Notes under the pieces: model-generated
Told to the model about the DNA's origin: nothing
The model's database searches: none
Seen by the model: only the letters and a program-made list of their open reading frames with translations
Shown here: piece after piece, positions 28,396 to 39,939 of the stretch
Position numbering within the stretch: position 1 is the stretch's first letter
How the letters are laid out: the number at the start of each line of letters is the position of its first letter
Origin: Anthoceros angustus
Lineage: Eukaryota; Plantae; Anthocerotophyta
Assembly: GCA_010909165.1 (NCBI GenBank)
Contig: MU008161.1
Location: 806,001 to 870,000, forward strand
Length of the DNA stretch: 64,000 nt
Direction: 5' to 3'
Position numbers and translations under genes: made by a program

Positions 28396-29089
28396 AGGTT
28401 GGCTGTTTTGCCCTCTTAGCCTAACGAAGGTACTTACACGTACTTAAATGTCATTGAACTACAATCTTCAGTCCAACAATTGTTGGTACTTTTCCGATAA
28501 AATTTGTCCTGGTTACAGGTTAAAGCATCTTCGGAGACTGAACATTCGTCATCGTGCTATTAAGGCTATTAAAGAGAACATTCTATGGTCTTGCAGGAAC
28601 CACTTTGCACCCGTCCTGTACTGCCATTCCGGGGGGGCACGGGGAAGCTTCTGTACAGAATACCACGGTGGTATGCCCTGTTGGAAATGGAGAATGGAGA
28701 GCGGCTCCAACTAGACTGCCGGTATCCATTATTTCGTCGATTATTTCATTCACCAATTCACGTACCCATTCAACGGTTCGCAGTTTGATTTCTCTTTCTA
28801 GGGAATAAATGAATCAATACCTATACACCTAGTTATCATAATGCTTTCTATAAGCAGTAATATTTCGAAGAAGGGGGCTTTGACACATCTGGCTGGAAAG
28901 GCACATTCGCCGGCAGGTTGAGGTGCATTCGTGAAGGGAACATGTCCCCCGATTCGAGAAACGCATGACGGCGGAATCGACACGTTGCATAGCTAAACGC
29001 AACAAGATTCGTTGCCCGGTGGGCTGGTCCCGACACACGTTGTCACGTTCACCATCAGCCACATGAAGTGGCGAGGAGCCTATATGGCC

Positions 29090-29513
29090 TTAGACTACCC
29101 GCCCATCAATCTATGAAGTGGTTCGCACACCCTTTAACACGTGTGACCTATTAATTTTTTTTAACATAGGTAGTAAAAATCAGGAAGATTTAGGATCCTA
29201 TTCATTCTTCATTCAGGATGTGTGTCCAAATGGTTTAGGCCAAATGACACACACTTAGAAGAACAGCCGTTATTAAATCTTGCACAAGTTGTTAAGTACA
29301 CATTTATAAGAACGTCGTGATTAAGAATCCTGCGCTTAGATCCGTACTTAGATGGGGTGCTTGAAGAAGGGAGTGGATGCCCTTGGTGCAAGTAGCGTAG
29401 TCACATCATGGTACAAGTTGTTAAGTACCAAGTTCCATGATGGAAATCCGTCCTCAGTGGACTTAAATAAAATTCTTCTTCTTCTTCTTTATGACAAGAA
29501 GTATATCGTCTAA
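29090..29513. mobile_element. Putative MITE-like element, related to 8500-8929
   Basis: Ends TTAGAC...GTCTAA. 29320-29513 aligns with 8685-8929 (ttagatggggtgct, gggagtggatgccc, aagttgttaagtaccaagt, aataaaattcttcttcttct, gtctaagt). Confidence 0.55.
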
Positions 29514-30539
29514 GTGGACTGTAATATATTTCTTCCTCTTCTTGATATTTTGATATTGTTTTAACCAATGATTTGCAATTGTAATGCTTATATTATATGT
29601 GATATGAGAAATACTATGATTCATAATGATCACAAACTTAGTAAGCATGATTTTTATTTTTAGATTTCTTTTTTACTGTACTTTTTTGATAAAGCGCTAA
29701 GCGGTTTCTCCATGAAGTTTGCTAAACACCCTTACTGGCTAGTTTAGTTGTCCTTCATAGCAAGACCCTCCTTCCCTTCAAGCTTATGAATACGCTTTTG
29801 CCATAAGTTCAAATGAGCATGAGGGATTAAAGACAATTTATCTGACGCTAAAGAATAATGTATCTGGCCTTAAAGAATAATATATCTGGCAAGTAGACAC
29901 CCGTCCCACTAAGTATTTATAGATAAGTCTGTACAGGCAGCAACCAATAACCTGTACATTTTGACGTCGCGAGTCCAAGGCCTTTTCGGGAAGACTGGCG
30001 AGGTTTGACATAATGACCAGTAACATAGGCGGCCGGGACTATACGCCATACCTTCGAATTTGGGAGGCAGTGTTTGAAAATCGTTCATGGACAAAATTTG
30101 TAGAGTATCAGGGAATTGAGGACTATGAGCAACGAAGAACCCCAACCAAACCTTGGAGCCAGTCGGAGTTATATGGTCTGATAGTCTGATGCTCACTAAG
30201 ACGGACAACGAAGGATTTTGCTCCCTTTAAGGCATGTGCTGACTGCTCCAGAGAACAAACACGCTCTGCCAAACAAATATCCACACTGAGTTGAGATGTT
30301 TATTTAGGAGGTAGAACGAGGACTTAGCTAGAAAATGTACAGAATCAGATCTTCAGGTCAGCCAAGATCGGTTGGTGAAGAGTAGTATCCTTGAAATCAT
30401 GGCTGTAATTTGGTAGACCTTAGCAGCTGCTGCAGCCAAGAAAACTCCCACAGCCAATCATTTATCAAGGTTAGGTAGGTGGTTCTTCTATACAACTGAC
30501 GGCACCACAGGAGTATCCTCCTGTCCACTACTGTTGCCA

Positions 30540-32798
30540 TCAAGCGTCTGCAACCAGAAAACATCCTCGTCAGGCCAGAGCATCCGACAATTTCAACCCA
30601 AGTGATCGAATCCACAAGAGAGCTCAAAAGTAATTACCTTATGCCTCGCACCAGGCAAACTGCTATTTCCTTCATCGTGCAGAGGCTGTGGGGCCACTCT
30701 GCTTGAACTTGCAGTAACACTACCAGCCAATACGCTCGCTCCGATAGTGTTAGTAGAACTTCCTGCAGCTCCATGCCCGAGTGATTCATGTGAGGGCGTT
30801 ATCTGTTGCGCACTACTCCCCACAAGAGACTCCACACCTCCATCAGGGCGCACAGCAACCTCGCCCCCTTCCCTGTGCTTGTCTGTAGGCTCAAGTGTTA
30901 TACGCTCCAACACCCGTGCAACACCAGCACTGACTTCACGAGCTCGAGCACCCAAATCCGCCATAGCAACATTGCGGGATCGAAGCCTTTCCCTGAACCC
31001 CCTGGTGGTCTTCGTAAACGATTCCCTATACCTGTGGAGCAGATGAAACTGTTGGATACTTTCAAGACAAAATCAGACACTATAAGCATTTCCTGCAAAT
31101 ACTCCTACAGACCAACCTGGAGGAGGCAGCTGCCAGACGTGACTTGATTGTCTCAGAGAATGAAGGTGATTCCGATGCTCCATGGTGACCTTCACCTGAC
31201 TCTGCGACAGGCCTTGACCTGAGAAATGCACCCATCTTTAGAAATAAGGAGTGGGGGAAGGGGGCCAAGATGCCTCCAAGCGCCAGGAACGTCATTGAGC
31301 CACATAACCACCTACCATCCACTAACATGTGCATCTTCGAAGATCAAGGGCCTACCTGGGTGTGTAAGGATCGTTGTTCTCCACCACTCTGTCATTGATT
31401 ATAGGGACAGTTGGGCGGGCGACTGGACTGCTTGTCTGGCCACCAACTGACAAGGAATGAACTGGGGGCTCACTTTGACCAACAATGAGGGGACCACGTG
31501 CTTGAGAAGAAATATTTGCAGCATTTCCAGACACACTAGAGCTAGGAGTCTGTGCGGATGGTGGATGAGGAACAATGACAAAATGTTGATGGCCCTGACC
31601 ACTTGATGGCCGATATCGAGGAGCGTCCCGTCTAGCCATCTGATGGGCTCTCCCCATTGCATTACCCATTGCAGCTACAGCCAAATGCTGCATAATTCGC
31701 TCTTCAAAATCGGAATCATCACCATACGCTGAGAACTGCGATCCACAATCAAATTGGTTAGTAAGACAACCCTAGGTGCGCCCAAAGTTGACTAACACCA
31801 GGGAGTAATCCGCAACATTCAAAACGACATTGAATCCAGAAAGCTATCCATACTCGATGAAACTCATATTCCTCCAATTGAGGCCGCTGGTAAACAGCAG
31901 ATTGTTGGGACCGCTTTCTACGAAGGGCCCTTTCTTGCTCCACCGCAGCCAGTAGGTCCTGACTGTTATGAGTTATCCAAACACCACAGATAAGTGCACA
32001 ACAAGAGATAGATAGCCAAAATCAGTACTCAACAAGTTGTGAACTACTTCAATACGGTGAAATGTACCTATCTGGATCCTTCAAAGTCAGAGGCTGCCAG
32101 CACATCGGGCACTCTTTGCTCCTTTGCGACCTGCACCGCAGAACCCAAACAACAGGTAACATTCGCAACAACTCAAGCAAGCTATAACACGGAGTTCAGA
32201 GCGGAAAGCAACAACGACGAGGCTCGCAGCTACATGAACGTAATCACCAAAGTCCGGGCAAGGGCATCTTTACCACTCCAGGATGCACTGCAGATGGTAC
32301 TCATGCTTACAATTCGTGACCTGCCGCCACAACCACACTACAGCTCAGCATACAGCATGTAAAGCAAGAGGATGACATGTAGACCAAAGGAGTCCAACGA
32401 AATACTGCTATTCTCAGAACCTCAATCAGAAACTTAAAATTCCAGAAAATCAAGCGATATCCAAAACAGCTATGAGTATCCGAACACATTCTCTCCACAT
32501 GCACGACCATCAACCCTCACCTACTGCATATCCATAGTGGCAGAAGCATTTCCCCAGAATTCCGTCCGGGACCACAATTCCCCTCCCGCCGGACCAGTTC
32601 CGGCCCATCCTCCACATCACCCACCATCCACCCGCCCACACAAGCACATACAGCAGGGTACAACAGGAGAAAAGAGCCCAAGAGCGAGAACCGCACCGTG
32701 GCGGGATCGTCCTCGCAGAAGTTCTCCAGGCAGATGCTGCAGGCATCTTCACAGGGATCCTGGACTCCGCCTTCCACAAACTGAGCCGCCGATGTCAT
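30540..32798 (-). CDS. RHF2A: RING-H2 E3 ubiquitin ligase, RHF1A/RHF2A family
   Basis: MTSAAQFVEGGVQDPCEDACSICLENFCEDDPAT|VTNCKHEYHLQCILEW|SQRSKECPMCWQPLTLKDP; IMQHLAVAAMGNAMGRAH; SFSETIKSRLAAASSR; MADLGARAREVSAGVARVLERI. The 3' end is uncertain (assumed ...LP|DA*). Confidence 0.88.
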
Positions 32799-33724
32799 CT
32801 GCTCTCCAAAACGGCACCACCCAAGCACGCCCTCTCCACTCCACGCCACACCCACGCCAAGCCACGCCAAAGGCACCCACTCCACTCCCCTGCTTCCGCG
32901 CTCCAACCCCACGCAGCTCGAGGGCTTCAATTGCAAGGATGGGACGTTAAATGCGCTGCAATTCCGAACCGGGCGGGGTAAACACGGGGGGAGGTCAGCA
33001 AGCGCTCTGCCTTCTCGATTGCTCCTGCTACTGCTCCTCACAGGGAGGGGAGATCCGCAGGAGGAGTGGCAGGGGAGAACGAGAGAAAGGCGGGCGTACC
33101 GGAGACCACCCACCGGACGGGAGTCAGAGAGAAGCCGAAGTACAGTAGGCCGCCTGACCAGGCCAGGAGGAAGAAGGAAGGAAGGGAGGAAGGAAGGAAG
33201 AAGGCCAAGGTTGTTGAAAGAAGGATGAATTATGTATAGTCTAGGTAGTGGCAGGCTCCATCACATCACCGTGTCGCCATGACCATCCTCCACCGTCTAC
33301 CAGTCCTGTGCTGCTATCAGGGCCTCTCTCTACCTCTCCCATCTGCGGTACGTACCACCTAAATCATAATATTACTAATTATACCTAAATTATGGTAAAT
33401 CATGATAGATAATTACTACCTAATGATTAGGGAATGCTAAGAAAAAGAAAATTTAAAAGGAGTACCTAGCTATTGCTCCTATTGAATAATTCATAATAAT
33501 CATAGTTATGAAGGTAACTTATTAGGTATCAAACACGGTCATGGGAAGGGAAATACCTATTAAAAGCTTCAAAAGAAGTACAATACCTCGGTATTTTTAT
33601 TATTAAATAATTAATAATTATTATAGTTATGAGGATAACTTATTAAGTATCAAGTAACACCCTCTTTGCGGCAGACATAATCATAGGAGTGCTTCCTTCC
33701 ATGAGTGACGTCCATACAGTTCAT

Positions 33725-34085
33725 TGGAACTCCACAATTAAGAATAGATGGATGGATCAATGTTGAGATGGGTTATCACCCATCCTCCGTCTACAATTAA
33801 GAGTCAGATGGACGGATCTTGGAACTCCACAATTAAAAACGAGATGGACGGATCATGGAACTCCACAATTAAGAATGAGATGGACGGATCAATGTTGAGA
33901 TGGATTGTCACCCATCCTACTTCTACAATTAAGAGTCAAATGGACGGATCTTGAAACTCCACAATTAAGAATCAGATGGACAGATCAATGTTGAAATGGG
34001 TTGTCACCCATCCTCCATCTACAATTAAGAGTCAGATGGACGGATCAATATTGAGATGGGGTGTCACCCATCCTCCATCTATAAA
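33725..34085. repeat. Composite minisatellite of 36-bp and 60-bp units; the long unit carries a hairpin
   Basis: Core (ctcc/tct)acaattaa(g)a...gatggacggatc at 33734, 33793, 33829, 33865, 33925, 33961 and 34021 (spacings 59/36/36/60/36/60). Long units contain GATGG(G/A)(T/G)T(G/A)TCACCCATC. Confidence 0.92.
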
Positions 34086-34916
34086 ACATCATGCTCTCGT
34101 CTATCTATGTGCAGGGCCTCCAATTATTAGTGCCCTATGTGCGGGGCCGCCAAATATGAGTGCCCTGCATGTTACTCCACATAAAAAAAATCCTAGTGTG
34201 GGACTTCGATGTATATTTTCAAAATATCTACAAAGTCTCCAAATTCACTAAAGACACAAAATCGGGGGAAGGCAAATACCTATTGAAAGGAGAACAAAAC
34301 ACCTCAAATGATACAACATTATGCTTCAAACATTGCACCGACCCAGTGAACAAATCCTGTTGTTATTTACTATCAATAATAAGACTACAATAAGGAGATT
34401 AGGTGGTGCTGGCAATCCAAGAACTAAGGCTCCAGCACTCATGAAGTGCTTTCTATCCCTTTCTATTTCTTTTCTTTTACTTACTTTTTTACTTTTACTT
34501 TCCCTTTTAATAAAAGAAAGGGATAGGAAGGTTTTAGAAGGTAGTCCCTGTAATTCATATACAACTTCCTATTTACGCCGTGCTAGTAACTCTCTCTCAA
34601 GATTCCCTATGTATCTCAACTTTCCCATGCCATTCCTTCAAGAATTGGACTTCAGATGAACCTTGTTTTCTTGGATGTTTTCTTTGAAAATGATATTGCC
34701 CTCTCATGGTTTTCAGATTTTGGAATAAAGTCTATTAACATGGTGTAAGAGCAAACATATCATGGATACATAAGAGTCTATCATTCTCTCGGATTGTGAT
34801 CGCCTCCTCGGTTTCCGCATCCAGCGGTGGCTGCATATGCATTGTTTTTTCTTGTGTGTCTCCTAAAAGATGTGGTCCATGATGCTTGTAGGTGTAGAGT
34901 CCGCGTCCGGCCCAAA

Positions 34917-35140
34917 GATGTGAGGAAGCTGATAAAGATGTGCTCTTGCTCATCGTAGCCGCTCCGATCCAATATCACCACCAGTGCCATAGTTCGCACG
35001 GTTGGGCTTGTGTGGCGGAGATCCAATCGATGTGAGGAAGCTGATAAAGATTTGCTCTTGCTCATCGTAGCCGCTCCGCTCTGATATCACGACCAGTGCC
35101 ATAGTTCGCGCGGTTGGGCTTGTGTGGCGGAGATTCGATC
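34917..35140. repeat. Tandem duplication, 112-bp unit, 2 copies
   Basis: gatgtgaggaagctgataaagat(g/t)tgctcttgctcatcgtagccgctccg... at 34917 and 35029. Confidence 0.9.
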
Positions 35141-35239
35141 ACAGCGCTCTCGCGCTCAAACGGAAAGCGAGCAAGCAATGCGCCGCCTATGCTCTATTGC
35201 TCTAATTATAGGGAATTAGAGATGATCCATTAGTGCATG

Positions 35240-35700
35240 CCAATCTTCTTGTCAAACATTAGACGATACAACTTATTGACCAAAGATCTTCTACGATAAT
35301 CTTTTGAGACATAAGATCCTAAATGCAGCAGACACTAAAGTCAAAGGTAGTTTGATGAGCAAGAGAAGTTTGCTTACAGGCAATAGATTCTTACTGAGCC
35401 CACAAACATGGAAAATCTTTGTCAGAGTTTGCATTTTACCAATAGAGCACTTAAGGGGAATGTCTTCAATTTCATGAATTAGATGTAAGGCATCCTCTCA
35501 AAAAAAAAAATGAGGGTGAGCAATAGCTTTGAAGGAGCAAAACCAATCTCTTCCAAAATACAGATGTGGTTGCTCAAGAATTTCACGACATGTACCACGC
35601 AATTTTCCTCACTTCCCACCAATAAAGCAATAATTGTATTTTGATAATAGTGTCACAAGCAGAGTTGCTATCCTACACTTAGAGCTTTCTTGAGGTTAAC
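35240..35700 (-). mobile_element. Ty1/Copia pol fragment (protease to pre-integrase region), highly decayed
   Basis: Minus strand reads WYM...NHIC...DWFCSFK and FHVCGLSKNLLPVSKL (cf. LYVPGL.KNLLSVSQL). Confidence 0.6.
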
Positions 35701-35730
35701 TGATCATCTCATACATCTCATACTTTTGCT

Positions 35731-36165
35731 TGTGACTATTGTGTAAGTCTAAGTGGACAAAATCTACTATTATGCAAGTTTAAGTCGACAAAACTTAGAT
35801 TCTAAGATCATCTCATACTTCAATAATATTTGCCTGACATTGTAGCGCGAGTCTAAGTCGACAAAACCTAGACCCTGAAATCATCTCATGCTTCATCTTA
35901 GACTTCGAGATCATCTCATGCTTCATTAATATTTGCTTGTGACTATTGTGTAAATCTTAGTCGATAAAATTTAGACAATATTTGCATTTGACTATTGTGT
36001 AAGTCTAAATCGACAAAATTTAGACAATATTTGCATGTGACTATTGTGTAAGTCTGAGTCCACAAAATTTAGACCCCGAGACCATCTCATACTTAAATAA
36101 TATTTGCCCGTGATTGTTGTACGAGGCTAAGTCAAAAAAAACTTAGACCTTGAGATCATCTCAAA
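35731..36165. repeat. Degenerate composite tandem repeat (~7 copies; 49-bp period in the centre)
   Basis: gtgactattgtgtaagtctaagtcgacaaaa(c/t)ttagac variants (gactattgtg at 35941, 35990, 36039) interspersed with gagatcatctcat(a/g)ctt modules. Confidence 0.88.
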
Positions 36166-36545
36166 GGAGGAGTTCTTCTCTTCCAATCTTTGAGAAGACT
36201 TAAGTGTAATCATAGGATTACAAGACTTAAGTATAATCACAGGATTACACGCGAGGATGTTAGACAGGTCACTGCTTTAGAACAAAAATTACCTTGATAC
36301 TCCAATTTCTACACCAGCAACTCATACAAGCACAGAAAAGGCTCAAGGGCCTCTATTCACTTTTCTCTTTGCTAAATCCAGTCTTCTTGTCCTACCTCTG
36401 TTTCATGAAAAAGCCTCTAAAGGGGAATAAGCATTATGAAATAAAATGTTCTAAGACCTTTAGAACTTAGAGGTTAAAATATTTGAGGCCATGAGGGCGA
36501 GAACTGCATATTTTCTTAAATTTATTTTTAATATTTTGAGCTAGA

Positions 36546-36680
36546 CTTCAACTCGACAAAGATTCCTTGAACTATGGAACCAAAATAGGTATGGTTTTAA
36601 TTCTAATTTTAATAGTTTGAACTAGACTTGAACCTTCCACTCGATAAGGATTCCTTGGACTATGAAACCAAAATAAGTAC
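36546..36680. repeat. Direct repeat, 88-bp spacing, 2 copies
   Basis: cttc(a/c)actcga(c/t)aa(a/g)gattccttg(a/g)actatg(g/a)aaccaaaata at 36546 and 36634. Confidence 0.8.
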
Positions 36681-36841
36681 TGCATAGTTTAGAAAGTCTC
36701 GGAAAGGAAATATATAACTTTGAAGAATACTATTGTAAGCTATATATGCTTGGCTTCCCGGAGGTAATTGTATTCAGAGCATTACTTTGCAGCAGCTTAG
36801 CATTTGGACGAAGGTTGAAGACGTGCTCCGTATCGAAGTGA

Positions 36842-37598
36842 GGCAATTGACCCTGGTCAGAAGTGCGTGAGTTTGCCCTTTCTCTCGGCCGAGGCTGCAG
36901 GGACCGGCAGCCACCAGTAGTAGCAGCAGGAGCAGGCGGGCGCGTGCGCTTGCGCGGGCAGCATCAGTCGGAGGTATCCTCCATCCTTTCTTCTGTGTCC
37001 CGGCGGCACGCTCCCGCCACCGCCATCGCATCGCCATCGTCCTCGCGCCGATCGCACCGGCGGGCACTGCTGGCGCTGGCTGTGGAGCGGAGCGGAGCAA
37101 GGGTTTATGCCCTGATCTTGCGCGCCTTGCGGTAGCCCGATTGGCGCCGCGCCCGCCCGCCAGGTTGCCGTCATCTTTGGAGCAGGCGCCGTCCGATCGG
37201 CTGCTGCCAGGGCGCGAGGCCTAGGGACGCCAGGCTCCCCGGTGGAGCTAGGTAGCCGAAGAGGTGGGGCGCCGGCGCCTGAGCCCTGACCGCTTTTTGT
37301 AGTCCTCGTAAGCTTGCGTGGGGCTGGATGCACGCCTGGTGCTGGCCCGTGGAAAGCGGGATCGTTTTTTGCTCCCTGGTCTAAGGGGAGCGGTTGGCTT
37401 GCTTCCTTGGCTTATGATTCCAGGCCAAATGTCTTGCTACGGGGATACTCATGTTAGGTCTTGGCCCGCTGCTTCTTGCGGCGTGGCCGCTTTCGCGGCA
37501 GTTAATTAGTACTCCGATAGGCGTAGGTGCGGGGATTTTTTGGTCGTGACGCTGTTTGGTTTTGCGGCAGGTCCATGGCGGGGCCTGGAAGCGGAGCG
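36842..37598 (+). promoter_or_regulatory. 5' module of the G3BP gene (upstream region, leader exon, leader intron, first 8 codons), homologous to the GIP1-like 5' module
   Basis: Seven collinear blocks match the reverse complement of 52531-53287, e.g. agggtttatgccctgatcttgc(g/c)cgcc 26/27, catctttggagcagg 15/15, ggagctaggtagc(c/g)gaagaggtg 22/23. Confidence 0.85.
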
Positions 37599-39939
37599 CC
37601 TTCTATCACGGCTTCTGCGAGCGTGGTGAGTGTTTTTTTTGAGGCCCTGTCGTGCACATGTGGACTCGGTGTGATTGTTGGGACAGTGGGGAGCTGGCCC
37701 AGTACTGACGTAAGTGCAATATGCCGATTGTAGGTGGGGAATGCATTCGTCAATCAGTATTATCATGTGCTGCATCAGTCTCCCCAGGTGGTGCATCGTT
37801 TCTACACCGATGCCAGTAAGCTGACTCGTGCTGAAGCTGGGGCCGGTGGAGCCGTTGATACGGTGGAGACCCAGGCGGTAAGCTGCTGGTCTGGCGCGGT
37901 GTTCTGTGAAGGTTAGCTCATGTTTGGATTGGTTGTGTCTCAGTTCGGACATGTTTTGCAGGAGATTCACAATAAGGTTATGCTGCTTGACTACGCGGAG
38001 TCAAAAGCAGAAATTAAGACTGTGGACTCCCAGGACTCCCATCAGGGTGGAGTTATTGTTATGGTTACTGGGTCTTTATCTAGCAAGACCACCGGGAAGC
38101 GGAATTTTGTCCAGACCTTCTTCTTGGCTCCACAAGAAAAGGGCTACTTTGTTCTGAACGACCTTTTCCGGTATCTGGATGAAGCTCCCCAGCAGGTGGT
38201 CCCTGCTGTTCCATTGTCAAATGGTATCCCAGAGCCCCCTCAAGTGCATACTCCTCAGGAGCCAGGTAAGGATGTAGTCCTCTTGTCGAGCAGGAGTTAG
38301 GGTTTTACAAATGTTAAGTTTTTTTTGGGTCCGAACTGTATCCTGTTGTGACGCTTTGTTTTGGTTGTGCATGTGCAGTTTTGGAACCTGCACTGCCTGC
38401 AGAGCATGAAGTGAGGGAGTTGTCTTCCCCCCCTGCCTCTGATGATGAAGCTGTTGTGGAGGAAGGATACGAGCTACCTGACCGTGTTGAAATATCTGAA
38501 CCCGAAGATGATGGAATTTCTGAAGACACAGTCCTTGTTCACGGTGAAGCAGTAGCGCCGGTACTGGATGAGGCACTATCCCCCCTCGTGGAGCCTCCCT
38601 CTGTACAGCCTATCATTGAGGAATCTACTCCTGGAGAGATTCCGAAAAAGTCTTATGCATCCATTGTGAGTACCCATCGTAGAGAACCTCCTGCAGAGTG
38701 ACATTACGGCGGGACTTTTTCTCTGATTTATGATCTGCTTTTCTCATGCTGCTTTCTTTGTGGTATGGTAGCTTCGGTTGATGAAGGAGGGCGGAGGAGC
38801 GCAGTTGTCACCTCCACACTTCAATCCAGCTCCCAAGGTCTCACCTGCACCTGATCGACCTGCTGCTGTAAATGTGCAGCCAGTTGCTACACCACGTTCT
38901 CCTCCTGCACAGCCACAGGATGCATCAGAAGAGACTATTATCGTGGAGAACGAGGGTACGGTTTTGGGTGTTCTGCTTAATCTCATATCCAGTCCTAAGC
39001 ATACTTTGAGATTTCTGCTGACTTGGAGTGTTGTACTTGTCTCGCAGCTGATGGCAGATCGGTGTATGTCAAGAACCTACCCTTGAATGTGACAGCTCCC
39101 CAGCTGGAGGAGGAGTTCGCAAGATTTGGGCCAGTTAAACCTGGTGGTGTGAATGTGAAGAGCCAAAAGGTTTAAGATCTGTTGTCTTGTTACAAGTTTC
39201 GCAACTATCCGGCCTTAACGAATGGTCTCACCCTAATGTTTTCCTCCGCTTGTTTTAACAGCAACAGGGTGTGTGTTACGCGTTCATAGAGTTTGAAGAT
39301 GCGACGTCTGCCCATAGTGCAATAGAGGTACTTGCTGGGTGGCCCATCTTTACTCGGTTTGTCATAGTGCCTCCCTTTTCTTCTGCTGTGACTCAGTTTA
39401 ATCTTATGCCGTGAATGCAGGCTGGATCCACATCTCTGGGTGGCCGTAATGTGTACATTGAGGAGAAGAGGCCTCTGATGCTTCGAGGTAGTATTTGATG
39501 TTCATGGATTGGGCTGACTCAAGATTTAAGTGAAGATTACATCTTGACTTTTCATATTGTGATAGTAGGTGGTGGAAGGGGTCGTCCGCCGGCTGGAAGG
39601 GGAGACCGATCATACCGCCCTGATAATAGCTTGCGTGGTCGGGGAGTGGGAGTTGGTGGCGGTCGAGGAGTGGGAGGAGGGCGTGGTGGCCAGCAGGATC
39701 GCGGTGAGACTTACTACCGGGGCCGCGGTGGCCAGGGTCGTGGTGGTTATGGAGGAGGGTCGAGCCCCAACCTGGTCAACAACTTCGGTGCAAATGCTAC
39801 AGGCGATAACTACCGCAAGAGCGAGAGCCAAGCAGGGAATGTCGGTCCAAAGCCTGTGCGAAGAGGAGCAGGCAACCAGATGCCCCGTAATAATCTGCCC
39901 TTGGCGCATGACGCGCCACCTCCAGTTCCTATTGCTTGA
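37575..39939 (+). CDS. G3BP: G3BP-like NTF2-RRM-RGG RNA-binding protein (stress-granule nucleator family)
   Basis: MAGPGSGAPSITASASV|VGNAFVNQYYHVLHQSPQVVHRFYTD; RNFVQTFFLAPQEKGYFVLNDLFRYL; PKKSYASI; RRM SVYVKNLP..F.RFGPVKPGGVNV..CYAFIEFED; C-terminal RGG repeats; stop at 39937-39939. Confidence 0.95.

Noticed and set aside
36774-37100. Divergent ORFs with hydrophobic stretches (36774-37100 minus and 53093-53527 plus) as a conserved small membrane protein on the shared module
   Set aside because: They overlap the homologous blocks in different reading frames (TDAAR vs LMMPA; LTRVN vs PDHGQ), so the conservation is not at protein level.
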